Below the pieces are notes generated by a model, which saw only the letters and a list, made by a program, of their open reading frames with translations, was not told the origin of the DNA and did not search any database. A program made the position numbers and the translations under genes. 64,000 nt of DNA from Bdellovibrionaceae bacterium UBA6776. Its GTDB lineage: Bacteria; Bdellovibrionota; Bdellovibrionia; Bdellovibrionales; UBA1609. Each line of letters starts with the position of its first letter. The stretch's first letter is position 1. This document shows positions 45,331 through 53,945 of this stretch, piece by piece. The DNA is taken from the NCBI GenBank assembly GCA_002453155.1, contig DKGG01000039.1, positions 3,714 to 67,713 on the forward strand, written 5' to 3'.

Positions 45331-45591
45331 ATGGCATCGAAGAAAGCGGCAGGTAGTACGAAGAACGGACGCGATTCGAAGAGTAAACGCTTAGGTGTAA
45401 AGCGCTTTGGCGGCCAAACTGTAAAACCAGGTATGATTTTGGTTCGTCAACGGGGAACGAAGTTCCACGCAGGGAACAATGTGAAATTGGGAAGAGACTT
45501 CACAATTTTTTCATTGATTGATGGTGTGGTTCAGTTCGAGCGCATGGGTAAATCAAGAACAAAGATTTCTGTTTATCCAAAGACCGCCTAA
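45331..45591 (+). CDS. rpmA: 50S ribosomal protein L27
   Basis: 86 aa with [21 protein letters not shown] and [13 protein letters not shown] motifs. Confidence 0.95.
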   Translation: MASKKAAGSTKNGRDSKSKRLGVKRFGGQTVKPGMILVRQRGTKFHAGNNVKLGRDFTIFSLIDGVVQFERMGKSRTKISVYPKTA

Positions 45592-45623
45592 CAAACGAGT
45601 GCGGCTGTTTTAAGTGATTTTCT

Positions 45624-45655
45624 AAGAGCTTCTCCAGTGAGAAGCTCTTTTTTTT
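45624..45655 (+). terminator. Rho-independent terminator downstream of rpmA
   Basis: aagagcttctc-cagt-gagaagctctt forms an 11-bp perfect stem, followed by a T8 run. Confidence 0.75.
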
Positions 45656-45738
45656 AGTCCGTCTTAACGCGGTGATTACAGATTTTGGTGCCTGGCACCT
45701 TTTTCTGCTCGCGGTGCGAAATGGATTTTGGAGAACCG

Positions 45739-46767
45739 ATGAAGTTTGTGGATCAGGTCATCATTAAGGTCGCCTCTGGCAAAGGGGGACAGGGAGCCGT
45801 TAGCTTTCGAAGGGAAGCTATGGTTCCAAGAGGTGGACCGGATGGTGGCGACGGCGGTCGTGGAGGATCTGTGGTCTTCCTTGCAGACTCTCGCCTTCAT
45901 TCTCTTTTGGATCTTCGGTTTAAAAAGTTTTATCGCGCCCAAGACGGAGAACCTGGAGCCGGTGCAAACAGTTCCGGTCGGGATGGGCAAGATTTAGAAA
46001 TCAAGGTTCCTCCAGGAACTTTGATCAAGGATCAGGAAACCGGTGAGATCTTGTGTGACATGGCCACGGTTGAACGTTTTGTGCTTTTGGAAGGTGGAAT
46101 TGGCGGCAAGGGCAACACCTTTTACAAATCCAGTGTCCACCAGGCGCCGACCATCGCTCAAAAAGGACTTCCTGGAAAGGAAAGAGACATTGAGCTGGAG
46201 CTTAAACTTCTAGCCGACGTGGGCTTAGTAGGGCTTCCCAATGCTGGAAAGAGCACTTTTATTTCGAGAATCTCACAGGCCAAACCCAAGGTCGCAGACT
46301 ACCCCTTTACAACTTTGGTTCCTCATCTTGGAGTGGTTCGGTACAACGAAGAACAGAGTTTTGTCGTTGCGGACATCCCTGGGCTGATTGAAGGGGCTCA
46401 TCAAGGCACAGGCCTTGGTCATCAATTTTTAAGACATGTGGATCGCACGCGCGTTTTTGTGCATCTTGTGGATGCAACGGGCTCCATGGGTGTCACCCCA
46501 CTCAAAGCTTACAAAGACATTCGCCGAGAGCTTGAGTTATATGATAAAAATCACGAGGGAGATGCCAACTTTAAACCTCTTTCATTGAGAGAAGAAATCG
46601 TGGTTCTTACTAAAATAGATGCGGTCTCAGACGAAGACCTGCAAAACCACATTGAAGACTTCAAACAAGTGGGTCTTGAAGTGAGAACCTGTTCCTCTGT
46701 GACAGGTGAAGGAATCAAAGAACTTGTAAGAGAAATGGGACAGAAGGTGTTTGCAGAAAATGGATAA
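45739..46767 (+). CDS. obgE: GTPase Obg/CgtA
   Basis: The ATG at 45739 follows GGAGAA. MKFVDQVIIKVASGKGGQGAVSFRRE and the Gly-rich Obg fold GGPDGGDGGRGG are present. The G domain has GLPNAGKST, DIPGLIEGA and TKID. Confidence 0.93.
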   Translation: MKFVDQVIIKVASGKGGQGAVSFRREAMVPRGGPDGGDGGRGGSVVFLADSRLHSLLDLRFKKFYRAQDGEPGAGANSSGRDGQDLEIKVPPGTLIKDQETGEILCDMATVERFVLLEGGIGGKGNTFYKSSVHQAPTIAQKGLPGKERDIELELKLLADVGLVGLPNAGKSTFISRISQAKPKVADYPFTTLVPHLGVVRYNEEQSFVVADIPGLIEGAHQGTGLGHQFLRHVDRTRVFVHLVDATGSMGVTPLKAYKDIRRELELYDKNHEGDANFKPLSLREEIVVLTKIDAVSDEDLQNHIEDFKQVGLEVRTCSSVTGEGIKELVREMGQKVFAENG

Positions 46768-47761
46768 AATAGGAATTTTTGGTGGATCTTTCGATCCCAT
46801 TCATTTTGGCCATATCAACAGTATGACAACCGTTCGCGAAAAAATGGGATTGGACCGAGTCTTGGTGGTTCCTACCGCCGAAAGCCCGTTGAAGGTGAAG
46901 ACTCAAGGAGAAAGTCCTGAAGCCAGATGGGCAATGATTGAAGCCGGTTTGAGTCACCAATCTGAAGAGTTTCAAATTTCAGATTTGGAAATAAAAAGAG
47001 GTGGAACCAGCTATACGGTCGATACTTTGCGCGAACTTCAAAACAGCGGTTCCGAAGACCAATTCTTTTTGATCATTGGACTGGATCAGCTTCAACAGTT
47101 TGATCAGTGGAAAAACTTTGATGAGATCTTGAATCGAGTGGACTTGATAGTAACTTCTCGACCGGGTCTTCATTTTCCAAAGATTGCCCGTCAGTTTCCT
47201 CGAGAGATTGCAGAATGGATTGAAGACTTCGACGGCCAAGTGGCTATGCTCAAAAATGGCCGCTCCATTTACTTTGTTCAGTTGGAAGACGTGGAAGCCT
47301 CTTCTTCCGAAATTCGAAGAAAAATTCGATTGGGCCAACCCATTCATGGAATGGTTCCCTCTGAAGTGGCCAGTTACATAGAGGAACATCAGCTGTACGC
47401 GGCCCTCAATAAGAAAATTGGCGATTTCGAAAAGTTCACACATTTCAGCGCGGACATCTTAAAAGATCACGGTGGTATTTTGGTGCGTGCCTTCGATCTG
47501 AGAGAGATCAATTCTCCTTCTGAATTTGGATTGGTCACTTCGGGAACCAGTGTGAGACATGCGTCTTCATTGGCAGAAAAGCTGATTGAAGAAACTCGAA
47601 AAAAATACGGCGTTTGGCCTCAAGGAATTGAGGGGCTTAAAGAAGGGCGTTGGGTCGTAGTGGATTATGGATCCTTGTTGGTTCATGTTTTCTATGATTT
47701 TGTTCGCCAAGAATACCGATTGGAAGATCTTTGGAAGGAAGGAAAAGAGATCAAGTTGTGA
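46751..47761 (+). CDS. nadD: Fusion protein: nicotinate-nucleotide adenylyltransferase (NadD) plus ribosome silencing factor RsfS
   Basis: aa 1 to ~217 are GIFGGSFDPIHFGHIN...SSSEIRRKI...VASYIEEHQLY (NadD). aa ~225-336 are ILVRAFDLREINSPSEFGLVTSGTSVRHASSLAEKL...RWVVVDYGSLLVHVFYDFVRQEYRLEDLW (RsfS/iojap). It is a single open frame. An alternative ATG lies at 46760. Confidence 0.85.
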   Translation: MQKMDKIGIFGGSFDPIHFGHINSMTTVREKMGLDRVLVVPTAESPLKVKTQGESPEARWAMIEAGLSHQSEEFQISDLEIKRGGTSYTVDTLRELQNSGSEDQFFLIIGLDQLQQFDQWKNFDEILNRVDLIVTSRPGLHFPKIARQFPREIAEWIEDFDGQVAMLKNGRSIYFVQLEDVEASSSEIRRKIRLGQPIHGMVPSEVASYIEEHQLYAALNKKIGDFEKFTHFSADILKDHGGILVRAFDLREINSPSEFGLVTSGTSVRHASSLAEKLIEETRKKYGVWPQGIEGLKEGRWVVVDYGSLLVHVFYDFVRQEYRLEDLWKEGKEIKL

Positions 47762-48228
47762 CTTTGATTTTTCTTCACGTGGAAACCAAAGCCCCGGCGT
47801 GGTTTCAATCGGCCAAAGAGCTTTACTTCAAAAAAATTTCTGGATTTGTGAAAGTTGAGGAATGGACGATAAAAAGTCCGCCACAACAGAGAAAAGATTC
47901 CAGCCAAAAAGTCAGCCAAGAAGCTCAAAAAATTTTAGCAAAGCTAATCCCTTCAGATTTTCTGGTTTTGTTCGACGAAAAGGGAAAATCCTACGATTCG
48001 ATAGCTTTTTCTTCAGAACTACAAAAGGTCTTTGAACGTTCTCCTCAACGCATTGTTTTTCTTATTGGAGGGGCTTTCGGTGTGGACTCCTCCATTCAGG
48101 AAAGAGCCCAATGGAAAGTGTCCTTGGGGAAAATGACAATGAATCATCTTGTGGCTCAGATTGTCTCTTTGGAACAAGTTTATCGCGCCTTGACCATTCA
48201 AAAAAACATTCCTTACCATAACGAATAA
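47758..48228 (+). CDS. rlmH: 23S rRNA (pseudouridine1915-N3)-methyltransferase RlmH
   Basis: The GTG at 47758 overlaps the upstream stop (GTGA). The SPOUT-fold C-terminus RIVFLIGGAFGVD...SLGKMTMNHLVAQIVSLEQVYRA is typical of RlmH. Confidence 0.85.
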   Translation: MTLIFLHVETKAPAWFQSAKELYFKKISGFVKVEEWTIKSPPQQRKDSSQKVSQEAQKILAKLIPSDFLVLFDEKGKSYDSIAFSSELQKVFERSPQRIVFLIGGAFGVDSSIQERAQWKVSLGKMTMNHLVAQIVSLEQVYRALTIQKNIPYHNE

Positions 48229-48295
48229 TCACTCCCAATGGATCGAGATCTTTGACTGAAGCCAGAGCGATTTACAAAAGTGAGCAGGTAGGTGC

Positions 48296-49222
48296 ATGAA
48301 GATTACCATTCGAGCAAAGAGAAATGATGAAATTTTGGAATTTTCAATGGTTCCTTATAGTCATCCTTTGGCCTACGAATGGTGTGAGGAACTCAAAAAA
48401 TTTAAACAGGAAAAGATTGAGATCTTGGAAAAAAATCGCATTTACGGACTCAATCGAACATGGAACGCCCCTGATATCATAAAGAATTTAAAGAACTGTT
48501 ATGAAATCATTAATAAATGGAAGCCCATCATTGGATCTATAGATTTTTCTGAACCCAGCCAAGAACTGATGAATGAGTTGCATGTTTACTTTGAAAATAT
48601 GGTGGGATTGGATCATGCGCGTTCAAGAATTTTAAAGGATTCTCCGCCGGAAGTCGCTCAGGCCATCATAGATTTCAACATCATGATTCACTTCTATGAG
48701 GATTATTGTCGACATGAGATGAATCAAACTTACTCTCGCCTCGTAGTCACCTTCAATACAAGCCGAAAACATTTCATCAAAGATGAGGATTTCCAGCGAT
48801 TCACTCTAGCTCACAAAGCGGGGGATGTAGTTCTTAACTATTGTCATGTGGGAAAACCTATTTGGGATGTGATTAAAGACGATGATCATCATGTCACTTT
48901 GGAAAACATTCTTCCCCAGAGCAAATGGAGCGGAGACTTTATGGTCCTTTTTACGCCAGGTCATCGGAATCTCAATCGATGCGAGCAAATGATTGATCAA
49001 TTTTGGAAGGAGCGGGGAGAAGATCTCAAAAAAATAGGGCTTCACAGAAACGATCCAAAACTGGCGATTGGTCGATTGCCAGTTGCTCGCTTGGAAGAAG
49101 ACCCCATGGATTTGCGCGAAAGAATTTATGGAATCACAGAGATCGTTGATGTTTCTGTGGAAGACGAATTGAATGTAAGCCCGCCTCACGAAGGCAATGA
49201 AGTTTCGCTCCAAAGATTTTAA
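48296..49222 (+). CDS. Hypothetical cytoplasmic protein (308 aa), no recognised family
   Basis: ATG preceded by GCAGGTAGG. The ORF is long and uninterrupted, with no TM segment or signal peptide. It is His/Trp/Cys-containing (YCHVGKPIWD, LFTPGHRNLNRCEQ). Confidence 0.55.
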   Translation: MKITIRAKRNDEILEFSMVPYSHPLAYEWCEELKKFKQEKIEILEKNRIYGLNRTWNAPDIIKNLKNCYEIINKWKPIIGSIDFSEPSQELMNELHVYFENMVGLDHARSRILKDSPPEVAQAIIDFNIMIHFYEDYCRHEMNQTYSRLVVTFNTSRKHFIKDEDFQRFTLAHKAGDVVLNYCHVGKPIWDVIKDDDHHVTLENILPQSKWSGDFMVLFTPGHRNLNRCEQMIDQFWKERGEDLKKIGLHRNDPKLAIGRLPVARLEEDPMDLRERIYGITEIVDVSVEDELNVSPPHEGNEVSLQRF

Positions 49223-49263
49223 ATCTCCCAGGCATTGGTCTTTGAACTGCAATTCCAATTTCG

Positions 49264-49902
49264 GTGGTTTCAAATCCTTTCGTATTTTGCATCATTTGCT
49301 CAGAGTTTTCCGGATTTCGGTCGATTCTTTGTGACCATTGTCATACTCATCTCCATAAAAAGCAGATGCTGGAAAGATGTGTGCTGACTGCTCAAGTTGG
49401 ATTTCCTGTCTACAGTCATCTCTCTTGGGATTCAAAAAGCAAAACAGATGGAGTGAGTCAGTTGGTTTACAATTTAAAAGAGTCTCGGACGTCTTTTTTA
49501 GCAAACTTTTTAAGTGAAGGAATCCTTTCGAAGTTTTGGAACCGGTTGGGCCCTCTGGAAGATGTTGTCCTCATTCCCATTCCCGGTTCCACGGGAAGAA
49601 AGCATTCTCTCCGTCTTGCGAGATCTCTTGGAGACCTTACGGGTTTTCCCGTGAGGGAGGAATTGAGGTTCAGGGGTGGAGAGCCACAACGGGGAAAGAA
49701 AATCGAGGAAAGGTTGCGGAGAGAATTCCACAGGGTGCCTAAACTAATTTTACAAAATTACAAAACTGTTCTGCTTATCGACGATGTCGCAACAACAGGT
49801 GCCAGCCTTAGGGCGGCTCAGAAGGCCCTGCCGGAAGGTCTAAGGTGTATTGGCCTTACCGCCTTCTATCGCGCGCTCAGCACGGATCTTGCTGAATCTT
49901 GA
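49264..49902 (+). CDS. comF: ComF-family phosphoribosyltransferase-like protein (ComFC/GntX)
   Basis: It has an N-terminal Cys cluster CIICSEF...CDHCHTHL and the C-terminal PRTase motif VLLIDDVATTGASL. Confidence 0.75.
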   Translation: MVSNPFVFCIICSEFSGFRSILCDHCHTHLHKKQMLERCVLTAQVGFPVYSHLSWDSKSKTDGVSQLVYNLKESRTSFLANFLSEGILSKFWNRLGPLEDVVLIPIPGSTGRKHSLRLARSLGDLTGFPVREELRFRGGEPQRGKKIEERLRREFHRVPKLILQNYKTVLLIDDVATTGASLRAAQKALPEGLRCIGLTAFYRALSTDLAES

Positions 49903-49936
49903 GGTCTATAGGGATTATTTGGTATAGACTCTAAAC

Positions 49937-50575
49937 ATGAAAAAGACATGGGCATTCGTTTCTATTGGCGCACTGCTCTTCAGCTTGCCGGTTTTTGGAC
50001 AGGCTGGAGACACCAAGGCTTTGACTCGACTCTTGGAGCCTTACCAAAGATCTTCGGGACTGGAGAGTGAGATTGTTAAGGTTTCTGAGCAGTCCCTGCT
50101 TGGAAAAACAATTGAGTCCGAAGGATGGATTCAATTGTACAAAGGCCGTTTGAAGTTAAAAATTTTAAAACCCGAAGAAAGCCAAAGTCTGATGGTTTTA
50201 AATAGCAAAGCGCTCTGGTTGGAGGTTCCCTTAGGAGAGGGCTTTCCCCCTTCTGTGACAAAGATTTCCTACAAGAACTTCAAACGTCTTGAAGGTATTT
50301 GGAGCGTGATTTTGGGTTATGGAAAGCTTGAAAATCTTTTTGAAGTGACTCAAGAGCCTGGGCGGAAATTTAATTTGAAGCCCATAAAATGGGGCTCCTC
50401 AGATTTAAAAAGCGCAATGTTGGATTTTAAAAGGGACGATTTAAAGTCCTTAGAATATACGGATCAACAAGGAAATCGAGTTTTGTATAAGTTTAAAAAG
50501 TGGAAAGACCAAAAAATGAAAATGGAAGATTTCGAATACACTCCACCTAAAGGATCAGGAGTGAGTGAGTTATGA
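49937..50575 (+). CDS. LolA-like outer-membrane lipoprotein carrier / periplasmic protein
   Basis: It has the signal peptide MKKTWAFVSIGALLFSLPVFG. Size and the beta-rich pattern (GWIQLYKGRLKLKILKPEESQ...LWLEVP) resemble the LolA fold. This is a weak assignment. Confidence 0.5.
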   Translation: MKKTWAFVSIGALLFSLPVFGQAGDTKALTRLLEPYQRSSGLESEIVKVSEQSLLGKTIESEGWIQLYKGRLKLKILKPEESQSLMVLNSKALWLEVPLGEGFPPSVTKISYKNFKRLEGIWSVILGYGKLENLFEVTQEPGRKFNLKPIKWGSSDLKSAMLDFKRDDLKSLEYTDQQGNRVLYKFKKWKDQKMKMEDFEYTPPKGSGVSEL

Positions 50576-51921
50576 AGAAGGTTCACTTCGTCAGTTTAGG
50601 ATGTCCTAAAAATCTCGTAGACACCGAGATGATGCTCGGATCATTGATGAATGATGGGTACAGTGTGGTTGAGAATGCGGACGATGCCGATACGGTTGTC
50701 GTTAACACTTGTGGATTTATTGAAGCATCGAAGCAAGAGTCCATTGATAAGATTTTAGAAATGGGGGATTTAAAGTCCTCTGGGAAGCTTAAGAATCTTG
50801 TGGTGGCGGGTTGTTTGACTCAAAGATATAAAAACGATTTGGTGGAAAGCCTTCCCGAGGCAGATATTTTTATTGGCTCCGGAGAATTTCAAAATCTTTC
50901 TGAAATTTTAAAAAGCAAAGAGCAGGGAAGTTTAAAGAAAGATTATTTTGACCTTCCGACCTACCTTCAAGAAGACAAGACTCCGCGGGTGAACTCTCAG
51001 CCCAGACATCGCGCTTATTTGAAAATTTCTGAAGGATGCAAAAAGCGATGTGCTTTTTGTGCCATTCCTTTGATTCGTGGAAATTTGCAATCTCGAAAAA
51101 TTGAAAGTTTGGTGAATGAGGCCAAGCTTTTGGTCGCTGGGGGAGTGAAAGAACTGATTGTGGTCAGTCATGATTTCACGGATTACGGTTGGGATCTTCG
51201 CAAAAAGTCAGACGAGGCTAAGGAGTCTCCCTATGAACTTTTAAAGGCACTTTCCGAGCAGTCTGGAGCAAAGTGGATTCGAGTCCTTTATCTTTATCCG
51301 GATGGCATTGACGACAAAATGATTCAGCTTTTTAAGGAAAAAGAAAATTTGGTGAAATATTTTGATATGCCTTTGCAGCACATCAATGATCAAATGTTGA
51401 AGTCCATGAATCGTCGAATGACTCGCAAGGAAGTGGAAGAAGCTCTCCGAAAAATTCGTACTGAAATTCCAAATGCCGTCATTCGCACTCAATTTATCGT
51501 GGGATTCCCCGGGGAAACCGAAGAACAGTTTCAAGAGCTGCTGGAATTTGTAAAAGAGCAGAAGTTTGATCGCGTGGGCTGCTTTCAGTATTCCATTGAA
51601 GAGAACACAAAAGCGGGAACCATGGACAATCAGATTCCCGATGACATCAAACAACGTCGCCATGATGAATTGATGGAAGCTCAAATGGAAATCAGTCGAG
51701 ACCGACATGCTTCCTTTGTGGGGCAAACCATCGAGGTTATGGTTGAAGGTTACAGCGAGGAAACAGACCTGCTCTTGGTGGGCCGAAACTCCCAGCAGGC
51801 TCCGGAAATTGATGGCGTTACTTACATCAATGACGGGGAAGCCAATGTGGGAGACATTGTTCAGGTGAGGATCACCGAATCCATGGACTATGATTTGGTC
51901 GGAGCCATCGAGAATTCCTAG
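50572..51921 (+). CDS. rimO: Ribosomal protein S12 methylthiotransferase RimO (MiaB-family radical SAM)
   Basis: It has an N-terminal UPF0004 domain (VSLGCPKNLVD...VNTCGFI), the radical SAM motif ISEGCKKRCAFCAIP, and a C-terminal TRAM domain. An ATGA overlap joins it to the upstream gene. Confidence 0.85.
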   Translation: MKKVHFVSLGCPKNLVDTEMMLGSLMNDGYSVVENADDADTVVVNTCGFIEASKQESIDKILEMGDLKSSGKLKNLVVAGCLTQRYKNDLVESLPEADIFIGSGEFQNLSEILKSKEQGSLKKDYFDLPTYLQEDKTPRVNSQPRHRAYLKISEGCKKRCAFCAIPLIRGNLQSRKIESLVNEAKLLVAGGVKELIVVSHDFTDYGWDLRKKSDEAKESPYELLKALSEQSGAKWIRVLYLYPDGIDDKMIQLFKEKENLVKYFDMPLQHINDQMLKSMNRRMTRKEVEEALRKIRTEIPNAVIRTQFIVGFPGETEEQFQELLEFVKEQKFDRVGCFQYSIEENTKAGTMDNQIPDDIKQRRHDELMEAQMEISRDRHASFVGQTIEVMVEGYSEETDLLLVGRNSQQAPEIDGVTYINDGEANVGDIVQVRITESMDYDLVGAIENS

Positions 51922-52136
51922 ATCATCTTCATTTTTGGCGAAGCCGCCCTCTTGCGGCAAGTGCCCGAAATAACTAGACCTTTTGTTGACACCACTAAAA
52001 GTTGTTCGCAACAATGTGGGTGTTGGCATCTTGGAGGTTTCATCAGTGATTACGGGCAACTTGGTTATGCTATTTGTCTATTCGGCAATTCTCTTTTTTG
52101 TGGTGAATGTGATCGTTCATTAAGAACGATTAAGAT

Positions 52137-52165
52137 TTGACGATAATAACGCAAAGCGATATATT
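52137..52165 (+). promoter_or_regulatory. Near-consensus sigma70 promoter (TTGACG-N17-TATATT) abutting the OMP gene start
   Basis: -35 at 52137-52142, an exact 17-nt spacer, and -10 at 52160-52165. The predicted TSS is around 52172, only about 3 nt before the ATG at 52175. Confidence 0.45.
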
Positions 52166-52174
52166 CCTTTGCAC

Positions 52175-53416
52175 ATGAGAATCTCACATTCTTTCGAGCG
52201 TCCCAAATGGCATTGGGTCTTGCTCTCTCACGCTTTATTGATTTTGTCTCTTTTGCCTTTTCAGGCAAATGCAGAAATCCAATGGAGAGAAAGTTCTCTT
52301 TGGAGATCTGCAGCTGTTTTGCCAAAAGGACAACACAGCTGGTCCGCCCGTATCAGTGGCCAAAAAGTGCAAAGTAAATTTGATGATTCGGGAGCCTTGG
52401 AGCCTTTAGGTCAACCCTACGAGCAAAAATGGCAGTGGGGAGATCTTCTTTCCTCTCAACAAAGCAAAGTGGCTCAAGAAGAAATTCGCCAATATATGAA
52501 GAGCAATTCCATTTCCGAAAATGATGTGGCGGCGACTTCTGGTTTTGACATTCAAAGGGAAGAAATTCGATTCGATTTGTCGTGGGCTTACGGATTGACC
52601 AAAAAGTGGATGTTCGGAGTTTTTGTTCCCATCTCTCAAGTGACCACCCACATTCACCCGGAAGTTCATATCGCCAACCAACCCGCCCAAGAAATGACCA
52701 TTCTTTCTCAAAAGCAAAACAACGTGAGAAAAATGGTAGAAGGTGTGATTCAGCAAAAACTTGAAAATCAAGGTTTTCGAAATGTGACTGAAGAGCGCCG
52801 ACAAATCATCTGGGGAGATGTCAGTCTTCTGAACCAGTATCAGTTTGTGCAGCAAGAGTCTTTTCGTTGGTCTTTTCAACAGATCCTGAAAATGCCAACC
52901 TCAAGAAATCAAAGCCTCTCGGATTTTGCTCGCATCACACGTGATGAAGGGCAAATCGATTTGGGAGTGACCAGTTTGTTGGAGCACAATTTTGGTCCCA
53001 CCTTGGGAATCTTCGGCTTGGGTTATGTGAATCAGTTGCCCGGACCAGTAAGAGTTCCTCAATACAATCGCGAAAAAGATCAGCTTGAGAATGACGTTGA
53101 GATCACTCGAGATCTAGGTGATTATTTTTGGACCGGTCTGGAAGCAAGATATGCCTTCAGTCCTAAGTGGAAGTTTGACGTGGCCTATCGCTACTTTTCA
53201 AAGGGTTCAGACTCCTGGGAAAACGGAGTGGTTGATGAAAACAGCCGCCAGCAAGCTCATTTGGCAAGAATCGAAGCCAGTTATATCTTTGCACGCAGTT
53301 ACAGATATGAAATCGAGAAAAAGTGGACACTTAATTTGCAAGCGCAAACAACCTTGGCCGGAGTGAATATGGACAAATCCACAACGGCAGGCTTCGAAAT
53401 TCAAACCTATTTTTAA
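52175..53416 (+). CDS. Putative outer-membrane beta-barrel protein
   Basis: I prefer the ATG at 52175 (MRISHSFERPKWHWVLLSHALLILSLLPFQANA signal peptide) over the tracked TTG at 52169. It has an alternating-hydrophobic beta pattern and a terminal ...FEIQTYF with C-terminal Phe, typical of OMPs. Confidence 0.6.
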   Translation: MRISHSFERPKWHWVLLSHALLILSLLPFQANAEIQWRESSLWRSAAVLPKGQHSWSARISGQKVQSKFDDSGALEPLGQPYEQKWQWGDLLSSQQSKVAQEEIRQYMKSNSISENDVAATSGFDIQREEIRFDLSWAYGLTKKWMFGVFVPISQVTTHIHPEVHIANQPAQEMTILSQKQNNVRKMVEGVIQQKLENQGFRNVTEERRQIIWGDVSLLNQYQFVQQESFRWSFQQILKMPTSRNQSLSDFARITRDEGQIDLGVTSLLEHNFGPTLGIFGLGYVNQLPGPVRVPQYNREKDQLENDVEITRDLGDYFWTGLEARYAFSPKWKFDVAYRYFSKGSDSWENGVVDENSRQQAHLARIEASYIFARSYRYEIEKKWTLNLQAQTTLAGVNMDKSTTAGFEIQTYF

Positions 53417-53421
53417 GACGA

Positions 53422-53937
53422 CTACTGAGTGAAGTTGAAGATGTCTTTGTAATTTCGGCCGATCTCTTCCGAGTCCATTCCGTATCCAATCACAAATCGA
53501 TCTTCAATGGTGCGACCAATGTACTCTGGGCGAAGTGGAATTTCTCTGCGAGCAGGTTTATCCAAAAGGGCCACAACCTTTACGCTGGCAGGAGACGAAG
53601 CCCGAATCCGAGCCTTTAAAAAATTCAAAGTTCGTCCGGCATCTACGATTTCTTCAACAATAAGGACATGTTTGTCGCGAATATTAACTGAAACATCTCT
53701 TAAAATTCGACAGCTTTCTCCTTTTGGGGAGGTCACATGAACAAAGTCCAACACTTGAGTGAGTTTGAGTTCTCGACAAAGATCCGCGAAAAAGGGAATC
53801 GAACCTTTGAGAGGGCAAATCATAACGACTTCTTTGCCTTGATAGTCCCGCTCAATTTCACGAGCGAGCTCACGAACCATTTCTTTGATTTCGTCTTCAG
53901 TGATAAATGGGACCATTCCCTCGATAGACTGGCTCAT
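53422..53937 (-). CDS. hpt: Hypoxanthine phosphoribosyltransferase
   Basis: 171 aa with the PRPP-binding motif VLIVEEIVDAGRTL and the C-terminal FVIGYGMD. Confidence 0.9.
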   Translation of the reverse strand: MSQSIEGMVPFITEDEIKEMVRELAREIERDYQGKEVVMICPLKGSIPFFADLCRELKLTQVLDFVHVTSPKGESCRILRDVSVNIRDKHVLIVEEIVDAGRTLNFLKARIRASSPASVKVVALLDKPARREIPLRPEYIGRTIEDRFVIGYGMDSEEIGRNYKDIFNFTQ

Positions 53938-53945
53938 ACAGACTC

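Noticed and set aside
45693-45708. Sigma54-like TGGCAC-N-TGC motif upstream of obg
   Set aside because: The GG-to-GC spacing is one nucleotide longer than the TGGCAC-N5-TTGC consensus and the -12 element is TCTGC, not TTGC. The TGGCAC is also part of a palindrome. A sigma54 promoter for obg is implausible.
51241-52059. 272-aa ORF on the minus strand
   Set aside because: It is antisense to rimO, whose radical-SAM and TRAM motifs fix the coding strand.
51952-52140. Cys-rich 62-codon ORF next to a radical-SAM gene as a RiPP precursor
   Set aside because: The adjacent radical-SAM enzyme is clearly RimO (UPF0004 plus TRAM, housekeeping). The ORF has a TTG start with no RBS, and there is no transporter or protease context. 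It is mentioned only as part of the intergenic oddity.
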